DNA from: Candidatus Uhrbacteria bacterium
GTDB lineage: Bacteria; Patescibacteriota; Patescibacteriia; UBA9934; GWF2-40-263
NCBI GenBank assembly: GCA_023246355.1
Contig: JAHFIQ010000001.1
Location: 350,247 to 414,246 of the forward strand
DNA: 64,000 nucleotides
Direction of reading: 5' to 3'
Part shown: positions 22,021 to 33,162 of the stretch, piece after piece
Layout of the letters: every line of letters begins with the position of its first letter
Position numbering within the stretch: the stretch's first letter is position 1
The notes under the pieces: model-generated
What the model was told of the DNA's origin: nothing
The model's input: only the letters and a program-made list of their open reading frames with translations
The model's database searches: none
Made by a program: the position numbers and the translations under genes

Positions 22021-22677
22021 TCAGAACCGCCGTGGCAGGAATGGGCGGCGTGTGGGGAAACGGTTGGCTCGATGTGGCCGCGGCTCGTGCACGAAATGGC
22101 TGACCGTGTGCATGTGAGCGGCTCTGAGTGCCATGATCCCCAGATGAATGAGCGGCGGGCCTGGCGGCTCAGCTGTTGTTCTTGGCTGTGTCGCTTTCGT
22201 GATCTCATCCAGGACTCGACGGGCGGCATCACGCAGACGTTCACCGAGTTCGTGAACGAGATCGAATTTGTGAATCGAGCCATTGCTGGCGTTCACAATG
22301 ACCCCGAGCAAGTTGTACGGTCCGAAGTTGCGGAATCGGTTCACAATCGTCTGGATCGCCCGTGCGACCTTCCTGCCGACGATGGCGAGGTCGTCCTTGC
22401 GTCTGGAGCCAACGACTTCCAGGTACAGACGAACGCCGCGAGCGCGCGTGCGAAGCGCTGACAAGGCAAAGGTCAGGCGCTTGAGTTCGTGTTTGGCTCG
22501 CAGCGTGAGCTGGATTTCAAACGACGGATGTCCGTGTTCCGAGAAGACGATCAGGTCGATGGCTTCGTGAACATCCTCATGTCCCCAGGCCTCTGTCCGA
22601 CGGTGGGGAATGCCCAGGTCTCGAAGACCTCGGCTGACGGCTTGTTCCAGAACGAGTCCGGCTTGGAATTGACTCAA
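22021..22677 (-). CDS. Hypothetical protein, possible PD-(D/E)XK nuclease-like
   Basis: GGAGG SD before TTG; 'ED...IDL...EIQLT' pattern. Confidence 0.5.
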   Translation of the reverse strand: MSQFQAGLVLEQAVSRGLRDLGIPHRRTEAWGHEDVHEAIDLIVFSEHGHPSFEIQLTLRAKHELKRLTFALSALRTRARGVRLYLEVVGSRRKDDLAIVGRKVARAIQTIVNRFRNFGPYNLLGVIVNASNGSIHKFDLVHELGERLRDAARRVLDEITKATQPRTTAEPPGPPLIHLGIMALRAAHMHTVSHFVHEPRPHRANRFPTRRPFLPRRF

Positions 22678-22737
22678 CGTGAACCTCCGGAATCAAGATA
22701 GCGGTTCCCTGCTTTCAAGGCAAGAAAAGAACAGGGA

Positions 22738-23808
22738 TTACCCTGTTTCTTCCTTAGATTCTTCTTGGATGATTTCTCCTGTGTCTTCTTCGTGAGCTCC
22801 GTTGATGGCTTTGATCGTTGCCGCGCGGATCTCTGCCATGAGGGTTGGATTTGCCTTAAGCGTTGCCTTGGAAGCTTCTCGTCCCAGGCCTAATTTTTCT
22901 TCCTTGTAGTAGTAGTTGCTTCCACTTTTTTGGATGACATTGAATGCCACACCTTGGTCAATGAGGTCTCCCGAGATGGAGATACCTTCGTTGTACATGA
23001 TGTCGAATTCACAGGTGCGGAATGGTGGCGCGACTTTGTTTTTGACAATCTTGGCCTTGGTGCGGTTGCCAATGATCTGTTCACCTTGTTTGATTTGAGC
23101 TGCGCGGCGAATTTCAATGCGCACCGAGGCGTAAAATTTCAGCGCGTTGCCACCTGGCGTTGTTTCTGGGTTGCCGAAGACCACACCGATCTTCATGCGG
23201 ATTTGGTTGATGAACACGACGGTCGTTTTGGACTTGCTCACGATGGCCGCGAGTTTACGCAGGGCCTGGCTCATGAGGCGTGCTTGCAATCCCATGTGGG
23301 AATCTCCCATGTCGCCCTCGATTTCTGCTTTGGGTGTGAGGGCGGCCACAGAATCGATGACGATCACGTCGACCGCGTTGGAACGCACGAGCGTCTCGAC
23401 AATTTCAAGGGCCTGTTCGCCCGTGTCAGGTTGGGAGATGAACAGCTCGTCGATGTTCACGCCAATCTTTTGGGCATACTCAGGATCCAGGGCATGCTCA
23501 GCATCCACGAATGCTGCGAGACCACCGATTTTTTGTACCTCAGCCACGATATGTTGGGCGAGGGTTGTTTTTCCAGAAGACTCCGGTCCGTAAATTTCAA
23601 TGATGCGGCCGCGGGGGACTCCCATGACGCCCAGGGCCAGATCCAGCGAAAGACAGCCGGTGGAGACCGCATCCACTTGCATGGTTTTGGCCTCGCCAAG
23701 GCGCATAATGGCCCCTTCGCCAAACCGTTGTTTAATTTGGGAAATAGCATCAAGCGCTGCTCGGGATCGTGGATCTGTGTCGACTTCCTTGCTAATTTGT
23801 TTTGCCAT
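22738..23808 (-). CDS. recA: Recombinase RecA
   Basis: [25 protein letters not shown]. Confidence 0.98.
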   Translation of the reverse strand: MAKQISKEVDTDPRSRAALDAISQIKQRFGEGAIMRLGEAKTMQVDAVSTGCLSLDLALGVMGVPRGRIIEIYGPESSGKTTLAQHIVAEVQKIGGLAAFVDAEHALDPEYAQKIGVNIDELFISQPDTGEQALEIVETLVRSNAVDVIVIDSVAALTPKAEIEGDMGDSHMGLQARLMSQALRKLAAIVSKSKTTVVFINQIRMKIGVVFGNPETTPGGNALKFYASVRIEIRRAAQIKQGEQIIGNRTKAKIVKNKVAPPFRTCEFDIMYNEGISISGDLIDQGVAFNVIQKSGSNYYYKEEKLGLGREASKATLKANPTLMAEIRAATIKAINGAHEEDTGEIIQEESKEETG

Positions 23809-23851
23809 AAAAGAGTTACAAGTGTTTCAAGTGGGATCAGCTTAACAGACC

Positions 23852-24028
23852 TCAGTAGAGATTCAAGTCTGATTTTTTTACGAGTTTTTTGTAGGCTTCC
23901 CATGGCGTAAACACCCCGATGGGTTTGCCATGTTTCATAATGACATAGCGTTTGGTGACCGTGCCTTGGACGATCGCCGCAAAGTTTCTGAGGAAGTCTC
24001 GGACAGAGATGGGTTCTGTGGAAGTCAT
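23852..24028 (-). CDS. Small Phd/YefM antitoxin-like protein
   Basis: 'ISVRDFLRNF...YVIMKHGKPIGVFTP' fits the Phd DNA-binding pattern. Confidence 0.55.
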   Translation of the reverse strand: MTSTEPISVRDFLRNFAAIVQGTVTKRYVIMKHGKPIGVFTPWEAYKKLVKKSDLNLY

Positions 24029-24144
24029 AGGAGGAGTTAGAAATGACTTACAGATGAACGTTACTAAATTGTCTGACAATTGTCAAACAAAAATCTGACA
24101 ACCTGTGGATAAAAAAACTCCCTCGATAGGATGTCGAAGGAGTG

Positions 24145-24834
24145 TTACTTGGCGAAGCTGATGGAACCATCTTGTTTGAGAACCACACGTCGATACTCAG
24201 TTGCTGGATGTGAGTAGCGTTTGGTGCTTTCAATCACGATGACGTTGAGTCCCCGCTCAAGGGCGACATCTGTTTCAAATGAACCATCTTGGGAAAGCAG
24301 AACGCTCAGTCCATTGATCGTCACCTGTGCCCCTTCCTCTGCGTGGCCCGCAACCGTGACATGCGCATCAGCGGTGAGAAATCCATCCGAAGGTTCGTAC
24401 ACGAGGAGATCTGGTGGTGAGACAATGGCTCGGACTTGGTATCCGACGTAGGACATGATGGAAATGGCAAGGGTTGCAAGGAAAAACACTTTCACAAAAC
24501 GACTGGCCACCAAGAATTGCCAGGCGCTGGCTCGGCGTCGAGGCAGGCGAGCATTTTTCATGAAATCACAGGTTCCGCATTCGCTTTCAAACTGTTCCAA
24601 AAAGTAGTCTACGTCCCCCCCGAGGGCTCGAACATAGGTTTTTAGATAATTTCGAGCATAGATGGGATCGGGCAGCTTCCCCCAGTCGCCATTTTCAAAA
24701 GCCGTGAGGAATGATTTTCGAATTTTGGTTTGTGCGGAGAGTTCAGACAACGTCAAATTCGCTGAACGGCGAATCGCCTTGAGTTTGGCGCCCAAGGTTT
24801 CCTGGTAATCAAATTTACGAATGACGAAAGACAT
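24145..24834 (-). CDS. RodZ-like HTH membrane protein with C-terminal Ig-like domain
   Basis: 'LGAKLKAIR...TKIRKSFL.AFE.G...LP...Y.RNYLKTY', one TM helix; follows ftsK. Confidence 0.8.
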   Translation of the reverse strand: MSFVIRKFDYQETLGAKLKAIRRSANLTLSELSAQTKIRKSFLTAFENGDWGKLPDPIYARNYLKTYVRALGGDVDYFLEQFESECGTCDFMKNARLPRRRASAWQFLVASRFVKVFFLATLAISIMSYVGYQVRAIVSPPDLLVYEPSDGFLTADAHVTVAGHAEEGAQVTINGLSVLLSQDGSFETDVALERGLNVIVIESTKRYSHPATEYRRVVLKQDGSISFAK

Positions 24835-24840
24835 AGGGGG

Positions 24841-24921
24841 AAGTAGCAAGTATCAAGTAGCAGGTAGCAAGTATTTTCGGAGCGGGTATACATGCTACTT
24901 GCTACGAACTACTTGCTACTT
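24841..24921. repeat. Inverted pair of heptamer (AAGTAGC) tandem arrays
   Basis: aagtagc-aagtatc-aagtagc-aggtagc-aagta ... tgctact-tgctacg-aactact-tgctactt. Confidence 0.7.
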
Positions 24922-24936
24922 TAGAACTCGTGCATC

Positions 24937-27270
24937 TTACCGTTCATCTTCAACATCTTCAACCTCGCCCTTGGCTGCCTGAACCCAGTTTTCATCAACC
25001 GCATCTTCCCAGTTGGCAGGTTCGATGGATTCTGAGCTGTTCTCCTTTTCCTCCTGATCCACCTCGTCTACCTCTTCCACCTCTGCCTCATACGCTTCAT
25101 CGTAATCATCCTGTGCGGTGGGCATGCCAGCTTTTACATTGCCACCAGGCGGCCACTCATCGACTAAAATTTCTCGCGGCTTGGCGCCGGAGCCCGGTCC
25201 GATCACTCCGGCTTGTTCCATGAGATCCATCACTCGGGCCGCCCGAGCATAGCCAAGGCGCAATCGACGCTGCAGATAGGATGTCGAGGCTTTTCCGGAT
25301 TCCAGAACAATCTGAATCGCTTCCTCCAGCATGGGGTCTGATTCTGAGTCATCGTCATCAAACACGGTTCCGGCCTTGGTAATTTCCGTGACCGCCATGT
25401 TGTAGTCAGGCTCGCCATTGCGGCGCAAGAAAGAAACCACGCGTTCGATTTCGTCCGTGGAGATAAACGCCCCTTGCAGACGTTTGGGTTTGGAAATATC
25501 CGCACAAGTAAACAGCATGTCTCCACGTCCAAGCAATTTTTCTGCGCCTGACTGGTCCAGAATGGTGCGCGAATCTGTCTGTGAGGCGACCGCAAAGGCG
25601 ATGCGTCCTGGGACATTGGCTTTAATGAGGCCTGTGATTACGTCCACGCTGGGTCGTTGGGTGGCCAGAACCAAGTGAATACCCACAGCGCGAGCCATTT
25701 GAGCAATGCGCACGATTGTGGCTTCCACTTCGCGACCGCTGGCGGTCATGAGATCTGCCAGCTCGTCGATGACGACCACGATTTTAGGCATCCTCTCTTG
25801 AGCTCTGGCATTGTAGCCGGCGATATCGCGCGCGCCGAATTTTGAGAGAATATCCAAGCGGCGTTCCATTTCCCTCACCGTCCATTTGAGCGCGTTTACC
25901 GTGTCGTCCACATTGGTAATGGGTGGAACAAGCAAGTGCGGGATGCCGTTGTAGATGGTCAGCTCCACGCGTTTTGGATCCACGAGAATGAGTTTCAAAT
26001 CATCTGGCCCGTTTTGGAACAGCCAAGAAATAATCATCGTGTTTAAGCACACACTCTTTCCTGATCCCGTTGCACCAGCCACCAGCAGGTGCGGCATTTT
26101 TTCCAGAGCAATCGTGAGTGTGTCACCGGAGACATCTTTTCCAAGTGGAATGGAAAGCAAGGACGAACGGTCTTTAAATCCAGGACTCTCCATCACGTCG
26201 CGCAGAGTCACGGTGGCGACTTTGGTGTTTGGCACTTCAATTCCCACTAAGGACTGGCCGGGAATCGGCGCCTCCATACGAATGGGATGCGCGGCCAAGG
26301 CGAGCGCTAGATCGTTTTGCAAAGAGACGATGCGGGTGAGTTTAATGCCCTGGGAAGGACGCAGCGTGTACTGGGTGACCGCAGGGCCCACAGAGGTTTT
26401 GCCCATTTCGACATCAATGCCAAACTCGTGAAATGTTTTTTCGATGACTTCCTTGTGATGCTCGATGTCGCCTGATTGTGCTTTGGTGGCTGAGCGATCC
26501 AAGAGGTTCATGGGAATCGCAATTTCGCGGTGCTGTTTTGAGGTGAGTGCCACCTCGGCCTGTTTTTTTTCTTTGACTTCTTTTTGATGAAACGGTTCTG
26601 CGGGTTCCTCTTGGGATTCACCTTCCGGTTCCTCAAAAAGGTCATCTTCCTCGTCCTGAGATGTTTCACCCAGGTTGAAGCCTGGGTCTACCACTTCTTT
26701 TTTTTCTCGATGCAGCCAGGCTCCAAACCATCCGGTCACGTGCGTGTGCAGACCAAAGAGGCTTCGCAGCGACGTGTTGAAAACAAGCAGAACCGAAACG
26801 AGCAACAGGGCGGCTACGCTCACAATCGCGCCCCAGTAGCTCACAAAGTTGGGAAGGAGGATGGCAAGAAACTGTCCAAGATACCCACCGGCAAGAGTGA
26901 GGTCTGTGGTAAATGGCTGTGCTCGATCAATAAGAAGGAGATTCAAAAGCGCGTTGAACGACAAAAAGAAAAAGAACAGTCCAAAATAATTCCACACAGA
27001 GAGCGTCCCTCGTTCAGGGTAGGCAATGGACGCTCCCATGATAATGAGGACGATCGGAACCAAGTAGCGATCCATGCCAAAAAACGTGGCAAGAAGTTCG
27101 TGGATCCAAAGCCCTAAGTTCCCCGCGATCTGGAAGAACGAGAGAAAAATAAGCGCCGCGGCGGCCAATAACAAAATCACAACAATCCCTCGTTTGGTTT
27201 CTGAACTCATCTTGACTCTGGTGCCTCCACCTCGTGTATTGCCGGCAGTATTCTTTTTCCTTCGACCCAT
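24937..27270 (-). CDS. ftsK: DNA translocase FtsK
   Basis: 4TM N-terminus, 'PHLLVAGATGSGKS', 'ATQRPSVDVITG', gamma domain 'LQRRLRLGYARAAR'. Confidence 0.97.
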   Translation of the reverse strand: MGRRKKNTAGNTRGGGTRVKMSSETKRGIVVILLLAAAALIFLSFFQIAGNLGLWIHELLATFFGMDRYLVPIVLIIMGASIAYPERGTLSVWNYFGLFFFFLSFNALLNLLLIDRAQPFTTDLTLAGGYLGQFLAILLPNFVSYWGAIVSVAALLLVSVLLVFNTSLRSLFGLHTHVTGWFGAWLHREKKEVVDPGFNLGETSQDEEDDLFEEPEGESQEEPAEPFHQKEVKEKKQAEVALTSKQHREIAIPMNLLDRSATKAQSGDIEHHKEVIEKTFHEFGIDVEMGKTSVGPAVTQYTLRPSQGIKLTRIVSLQNDLALALAAHPIRMEAPIPGQSLVGIEVPNTKVATVTLRDVMESPGFKDRSSLLSIPLGKDVSGDTLTIALEKMPHLLVAGATGSGKSVCLNTMIISWLFQNGPDDLKLILVDPKRVELTIYNGIPHLLVPPITNVDDTVNALKWTVREMERRLDILSKFGARDIAGYNARAQERMPKIVVVIDELADLMTASGREVEATIVRIAQMARAVGIHLVLATQRPSVDVITGLIKANVPGRIAFAVASQTDSRTILDQSGAEKLLGRGDMLFTCADISKPKRLQGAFISTDEIERVVSFLRRNGEPDYNMAVTEITKAGTVFDDDDSESDPMLEEAIQIVLESGKASTSYLQRRLRLGYARAARVMDLMEQAGVIGPGSGAKPREILVDEWPPGGNVKAGMPTAQDDYDEAYEAEVEEVDEVDQEEKENSSESIEPANWEDAVDENWVQAAKGEVEDVEDER

Positions 27271-27405
27271 AATGGGACATTTTAGCATAGGTTGACAGAA
27301 ACAGTGTTTCCTGGTAATTTTTGTTGTCATTTCTGCTGGTTTGGGACCGGCGTATAATGGCAGAGACGTTCATCCCTGGCGTTGACCTTCACCTCTGGAG
27401 GTACC

Positions 27406-27597
27406 ATGTCCACGAAGACTCAGAATCCGATCCCGCTCGGTGAGTTGATCACCTTGTTCTACGAGGAGTTCCTCTCCATGTACGGTGATGAAGAGCTCGC
27501 TTCGGTGGCAACGGCCAATGCGGTGAATGACCTCCTCATGGAGGAAGCTCTTCGTGACCAGGACGCACGATCTGGTCGTGAACATCGCGCCTCGTGA
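27406..27597 (+). CDS. Small acidic hypothetical protein
   Basis: GGAGG SD, 63 aa, protein-like helical composition. Confidence 0.55.
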   Translation: MSTKTQNPIPLGELITLFYEEFLSMYGDEELASVATANAVNDLLMEEALRDQDARSGREHRAS

Positions 27598-27622
27598 ACT
27601 TTCCCATCTCCAAGGAGTTGTC

Positions 27623-27823
27623 ATGGGCAAGAAACCTCGTCCACCCAAAGCCGTGCACATGCCAGACAGGAAGCGTGGTCTCACGATCACGATCAAGCCC
27701 GAGGATCTTCCTCGTGAACGCGGAGTCCCGATTCCGCCCAGCCGGTTCCACCACACGCGCGAGCGTGATGTGGTCGCCGGACGCCGACGTCATCCCAAGC
27801 ACAAGGGGAGGACGCGTGAATGA
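27623..27823 (+). CDS. Small basic hypothetical protein
   Basis: AAGGAG SD, ends 'RHPKHKGRTRE'. Confidence 0.5.
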   Translation: MGKKPRPPKAVHMPDRKRGLTITIKPEDLPRERGVPIPPSRFHHTRERDVVAGRRRHPKHKGRTRE

Positions 27824-27941
27824 TGCCACTGCATCGCCGCTGGCCGTCTTGTACGCAAACAGGACGGCCGCCCATCTGAGAGGGTGAGATTTCTCGCCAT
27901 TTCAGATGGGTAACCCCCAATCAACCAAGGAGACGTTCTCA

Positions 27942-29285
27942 ATGGCCACCAACCCTTTGCCTGAGCAGGCAATTTGCTGCCAGTGCAAACAAGCATTCCC
28001 CGTCAAAGCTGTCATGAAGCTCACCAGTGGTTCGATCCCGATGCTCGTGGTCGTTCAAGACGTGACGAGTATCGAGGAAGCCCTGGCGTGCGCCACCTGC
28101 CAGGTCTGTATCAACAAAGAAGGTCCGAAGGATCGTGGACTCCATGGGGTTCTGTTGGCCCTTGGATGCACTCAGACCCCATCGTTGCCTGCGGCTCTGT
28201 CTGTTTCTCCGCGCCTGCGATCAGAGCCTCCGACTCTGGACGTCGCTGCTCTGACAAAAGCAAGGGGAAAGCATCAGGTTCCCACCATGGCCGGAGTGCG
28301 AGTGGTGATGCCCCCGCCTCTGCCGCGTGGGAACCTCCATCGAGCACCGCCTCGTGAGGAGCGACTGAACGATCGTCCGCGGCTACCCAAGGTGCTGGAG
28401 CAGCCTGTCGTTCGGGAGCCAGAACCCACACACGAGCCGCTCAGGGTGAGTCTGGACGAGCGATCAATCGCTGCGCTGAAGCTAGCCGGAGCTGACGCCC
28501 GCAAGCGTGATGAGGAAAAGAAGCGCGTGCGCTTGGCCAAGTTCGGCTCCCTCATGGAGGTGCTTCAAGCGAGCCTCTCGGTCATCAAGAATGATCCGGG
28601 AAAAGAAGACATTGGTTCACATCTGGACACCTTTGAAAACACGCTCGTGGAAGCGCTCACCTTTGATCCCCTGCAGAGGGGCAAGAAGGCACTGCTCGAG
28701 TTTCTCAGCACGTCCCAAGACGAGCTTGATGAGTGCGATCGCGCGTTCTGGGTGACGCACACGGTCGTGCCGGGTGGAGGTGGTGAGGTCAGGCCAGCCG
28801 GCCATGCACGTTTGACCCCGGAGGTCGAAGAGATCGAAGTGAATCCCTTTGAAGGTGGCGTCGTCCCAAGGCGGTTCAATGCCAAGGGAGAGTGGCCGCC
28901 CATCTCGATTCTCCCGGTCATCGTGGTTCGCACCAAGCCCAAGCTTCCCACGCCCAATTCGCCACTGGGTGAGCCAGGGAGCTCGCCTCCCAGAATCGTC
29001 TACCCAGAGGGTGGGCGATACGGGAAGGAGTACACCGTCGAAGGGAGCAGTCGTTCTGTGCCCAAGGATTACCAGTGGTCATGGGCACAGATGAACGTTG
29101 CTGTGTGGTCACTGAGTCACCAGGACGCCGTGCTCATCTGCAATGGTGTGACAGTGAACCTGAGCGACCTCATGTGCTTGTACATGGAGCCGTACGTCCT
29201 TCCGGACTCGGAGGAGTCGTCCCAAGAAGTTCCAGCAGAACCTGCTGATGCGACCGCAGAAGGTCAACCTCACGCAGAGGTCTGA
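27942..29285 (+). CDS. Hypothetical protein with N-terminal Cys pairs
   Basis: AAGGAG SD; CCQC and CATCQVC motifs; Pro-rich linker. Confidence 0.6.
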   Translation: MATNPLPEQAICCQCKQAFPVKAVMKLTSGSIPMLVVVQDVTSIEEALACATCQVCINKEGPKDRGLHGVLLALGCTQTPSLPAALSVSPRLRSEPPTLDVAALTKARGKHQVPTMAGVRVVMPPPLPRGNLHRAPPREERLNDRPRLPKVLEQPVVREPEPTHEPLRVSLDERSIAALKLAGADARKRDEEKKRVRLAKFGSLMEVLQASLSVIKNDPGKEDIGSHLDTFENTLVEALTFDPLQRGKKALLEFLSTSQDELDECDRAFWVTHTVVPGGGGEVRPAGHARLTPEVEEIEVNPFEGGVVPRRFNAKGEWPPISILPVIVVRTKPKLPTPNSPLGEPGSSPPRIVYPEGGRYGKEYTVEGSSRSVPKDYQWSWAQMNVAVWSLSHQDAVLICNGVTVNLSDLMCLYMEPYVLPDSEESSQEVPAEPADATAEGQPHAEV

Positions 29286-29886
29286 TTGCGAGACGAAGCA
29301 AACAAGGGTGCATGCCCTTGATCCGCGGGTCCAGTCCTTGGACCTGCTATTACATCTTTCCGCGAATTTCGTGGACAGATGTGATAGGCCATTGATCGTT
29401 TCGTGAAAACGCATTACCATTTCTGTGCCTTTGCGCCTCGTCTTTCTGAGGCTGCGAAGTGGGGTACGAAACTGTTGTATCAAAATCGCGAGCATAGGTC
29501 GTTCGCCGCAAGGCTGAGCGACCAAAATCTCTCTCCTCATGCTCAAACGTTGTGATGCGGCTTTCCGTCGTGGCTTCTCTTCGCAGCTTCAGACAGGGGA
29601 GGCTTTTCTTTTTATCCACACCCAGTGCTTGACGAGCAAAAAGCGGCATGATACTGTCTGCCTGCATTCGTCAAGCCTTCGCTCAATTTAGCGAAACTTG
29701 ACAGGCCTCCCTCCTCGTATACGGCTGCATGGTCAACCAGGCCGAGGCACTTTCTAAGAGAATTTTCTGACATCATCGGGTAAACCGTGATGATCGGAAT
29801 AACCCATTCATTCTCTGATGGTGCTTAACCCACTCACCCTTCAATAATTAAGAGGCACTCATATCGAGTGTGCTTTTTTGTTTTTT

Positions 29887-32800
29887 ATGCCCATTTATCG
29901 CCGCACTCCCGTCAAGACCCGTGAACGCAAGACGTTTGGCAATGCTGTCCACGACGCGATTGACGTTCCAGATCTCATCGAGGTCCAGCGACGTTCCTAT
30001 CGTTGGTTTTGTGAAGAGGGCATTCGCGAACTCTTTGAGGAGGTCTCGCCGATCACCGATTTTATCGGCCGCGATTTGCAGCTCTTCTTTGATGACTATT
30101 ATTTGGATGAACCGAAGTTTGACGAAAAAACGTCTCGCATGAAGAACGTCACGTTTGAGGCGCCGCTGCGCGTAAAAACGCGGCTCGTAAATATTCGCAC
30201 CAAGGACGTGAAGGAACAGGAAATTTATTTGGGAGATCTTCCTCTCATGACTCCGCGCGGAACATTTGTGATCAACGGAGTGGAGCGCGTGGTTGTCTCC
30301 CAGCTGGTCCGCTCGGCCGGAGCGTTTTTTACCGCGGACGTGTATCGTGGTCGTCGCTACTATGGCGCGAAGATTATTCCCAACCGCGGTGCCTGGCTTG
30401 AATTTGAAACAGACGCGAAGAATGTCATCTGGGTGAAAATTGATCGCAAGCGCAAAGTGGCGGTAACCGCACTTTTGCGCGCGTTTGGTGTGGCTGAGGA
30501 TCAGGCGATCATCGATTTGTTCAAAGACATCGATATCCATCCAACCAACCATTACATCGAAGCCACCTTGAATAAAGACGTTTCCAAAACCGAGGACGAA
30601 GGACTCATCGAAGTGTACAAACGCATTCGTCCAGGTGATCGCGCCACAGCGGATAATGCCAAGAGCTTGATTCATTCCATGTTCTTTAATTTTGATCGCT
30701 ATGACTTGGGCAAAGTTGGTCGCTACAAGTTTAACCTGCGATTTAATTTGGACACGACTCCCGAGTTAGTCGCGGTGGAAGAGAATCGTATTATCAAGGC
30801 GGAAGACCTCGTCAAAATTATTCGGGAAGTCATTCGTTTGAACATCAACCAGGAAGAACCAGACGACGTTGATCACCTCGGCAACCGGCGTGTGCGTGCT
30901 GTGGGAGAACTCATCCAAGGTCGGTTTCGTGTGGGGCTGGCTCGCATGGAGCGCATTGTCCGCGATCGCATGAGCACCCGTGACATTGAAACCCTCACTC
31001 CCGGCAAGCTCATCAACGCCCGTCCGGTCATCGGGGCCGTGCGAGAATTTTTCATGTCCTCACAGCTCTCGCAGTTCATGGACCAGACCAATCCACTGGC
31101 CGAGCTTGAACACAAACGTCGACTCTCCGCCATGGGACCTGGAGGTCTTTCTCGTGAGCGCGCTGGGTTTGAAGTGCGTGATGTGCATCCAACTCACTAT
31201 GGCCGCATTTGTCCGATTGCGACCCCTGAGGGACCAAACATCGGACTGATTGGTCACTTGGCTTCCTACGCCATCATCAACGACTACGGATTTATCGAGA
31301 CGCCGTACCGCAAAGTCGTGAAGGAAGAAAAAGATGGCAAAGTGCTTTCTCGCGTGACCGACGAGGTGGAATACATCAACGCGTTTAAAGAAGAACGATC
31401 CGTGACCGTGCCGTCCACGGTGCGAGTTGATGAGCATGGGTATTTCTTGGAAGCGTTCGTTGGCGCTCGTCGTTTTGGTGAACCAAAAATTGTTCCGCAA
31501 AACGAAGTGGATTACATGGACGTTTCCAGTAAACAAATTGTGTCCATCGGAACCGCCTTGATTCCGTTTTTGGAGCACGACGATGCCACACGTGCGCTCA
31601 TGGGCACCAACATGCAACGTCAGGCCGTGCCGACCATCAAACCGGATGCGCCGATTATTGGAACCGGAGCCGAGAAACGTTCTGCGCGTGATTCAGGTCA
31701 CGTGGTGGTGGCCGAAGAGTCTGGGGAAATTACCCGCGTGGAAGGTGATCTGGTTGAGATTACCGACCGCGACAAGAATGTGCATGGCTACGAGCTGAAA
31801 AAATTCTTGCGCTCCAACAATTCGACGTCTATCAACCAGCGACCCGTGGTTCAAAAAGGAGTGAAGGTGGTCAAGGGAGACGTGATTGCAGATTCAAGCG
31901 CGGTGGATCATGGCGAACTGGCGCTGGGGCAGAACTGTTTGGTCGCGTTCATGGCGTGGGACGGATACAACTTTGACGATGCGGTGATTTTCTCTGAGCG
32001 TCTGGTTCACGACGATCGATTTACATCTGTGCATATTGAGCACTACACCCTGGATGTGCGCGACACGAAACTTGGCCCTGAGGTCGTGACCTCGGACATC
32101 CCCAACGTCTCCGAAGAAAAATTGCTGCACTTGGATTCCGAAGGCGTGATTCGTGTGGGGGCTGAGGTGAAGTCCGGTGACATCTTGGTAGGAAAAATTA
32201 CTCCCAAAGGTGAAACAGAACTCTCTGCCGAAGAAAAATTGCTGCGCGCGATTTTCGGTGAGAAGGCACGTGACGTGCGTGACTCTTCGATGTACTTGGA
32301 ACATGGTGAGCATGGCAAGGTCGTGGCCGTGACCGTGTTTTCACGTGAGGAAGGCGACAAGCTCTCCCCAGGCGTTATTAAGTCCATCCAAGTCACCATT
32401 GCGGACCTGCGCAAAATTCAAGTCGGAGACAAAGTCGCTGGTCGCCACGGAAACAAGGGTGTTATTAGCAAAGTGGTTCCTCTTGCTGATATGCCATTTT
32501 TGGAAGACGGCACACCCGCTGACATCATCCTCACGCCTTTGGGTATTGTCTCTCGTATGAACTTGGGACAGATTCTTGAAGTACACCTGGGGCTGGCAGC
32601 AAACGCGCTGGGCTACAACGTGACGACACCGGTCTTAAACGGAGTGCCTGAGCCAGATATTCATTCCGAACTCGTGCGGGCGGGATTGCCTGAATCAGGT
32701 CAGGCGACGCTCTATGACGGTCGAACCGGAGATGCGTTTGAAAACAAAATCACGGTGGGCTACATGTACATTCTGAAACTCTCCCACATGGTCGAGGACA

Positions 32801-33159
32801 AAATGCACCAGCGCTCGATTGGTCCGTACTCGCTCATCACTCAGCAGCCACTGGGAGGTAAAGCGCAGTTCGGTGGTCAGCGGTTTGGAGAAATGGAAGT
32901 GTGGGCCCTGGAGGCCTACGGCGCCGCTCATACCTTGCAGGAAATTCTCACGATCAAATCCGATGACGTGCCAGGACGCTCCAAGGCGTATGAAGCGATC
33001 ATCAAAGGAGAACCGATTCGCAAAGTCAACATTCCAGAATCATTCAACGTGCTCGTTCGTGAACTCAAGGGTCTGTGTATGGATGTCGAGTTGCTGAAGG
33101 AAGGGGAGAAAGTCGAGCTCCCTGGAGAGAAAAAGACCGCACCTAAAGCCGCCAAATAG
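29887..33159 (+). CDS. rpoB: RNA polymerase beta subunit
   Basis: '[12 protein letters not shown]', '[18 protein letters not shown]', '[13 protein letters not shown]'. Confidence 0.99.
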   Translation: MPIYRRTPVKTRERKTFGNAVHDAIDVPDLIEVQRRSYRWFCEEGIRELFEEVSPITDFIGRDLQLFFDDYYLDEPKFDEKTSRMKNVTFEAPLRVKTRLVNIRTKDVKEQEIYLGDLPLMTPRGTFVINGVERVVVSQLVRSAGAFFTADVYRGRRYYGAKIIPNRGAWLEFETDAKNVIWVKIDRKRKVAVTALLRAFGVAEDQAIIDLFKDIDIHPTNHYIEATLNKDVSKTEDEGLIEVYKRIRPGDRATADNAKSLIHSMFFNFDRYDLGKVGRYKFNLRFNLDTTPELVAVEENRIIKAEDLVKIIREVIRLNINQEEPDDVDHLGNRRVRAVGELIQGRFRVGLARMERIVRDRMSTRDIETLTPGKLINARPVIGAVREFFMSSQLSQFMDQTNPLAELEHKRRLSAMGPGGLSRERAGFEVRDVHPTHYGRICPIATPEGPNIGLIGHLASYAIINDYGFIETPYRKVVKEEKDGKVLSRVTDEVEYINAFKEERSVTVPSTVRVDEHGYFLEAFVGARRFGEPKIVPQNEVDYMDVSSKQIVSIGTALIPFLEHDDATRALMGTNMQRQAVPTIKPDAPIIGTGAEKRSARDSGHVVVAEESGEITRVEGDLVEITDRDKNVHGYELKKFLRSNNSTSINQRPVVQKGVKVVKGDVIADSSAVDHGELALGQNCLVAFMAWDGYNFDDAVIFSERLVHDDRFTSVHIEHYTLDVRDTKLGPEVVTSDIPNVSEEKLLHLDSEGVIRVGAEVKSGDILVGKITPKGETELSAEEKLLRAIFGEKARDVRDSSMYLEHGEHGKVVAVTVFSREEGDKLSPGVIKSIQVTIADLRKIQVGDKVAGRHGNKGVISKVVPLADMPFLEDGTPADIILTPLGIVSRMNLGQILEVHLGLAANALGYNVTTPVLNGVPEPDIHSELVRAGLPESGQATLYDGRTGDAFENKITVGYMYILKLSHMVEDKMHQRSIGPYSLITQQPLGGKAQFGGQRFGEMEVWALEAYGAAHTLQEILTIKSDDVPGRSKAYEAIIKGEPIRKVNIPESFNVLVRELKGLCMDVELLKEGEKVELPGEKKTAPKAAK

Positions 33160-33162
33160 TCT

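Noticed and set aside
22930-23910. Long antisense ORFs over recA (likewise over rpoB, rpoC and the radical SAM gene)
   Set aside because: Shadow frames of conserved genes
29290-29870. ncRNA or small gene in the long spacer before rpoB
   Set aside because: Hairpins and a TTGACG-N17-TACTGT box are present, but no RNase P, SRP or tmRNA motif or convincing ORF was recognised
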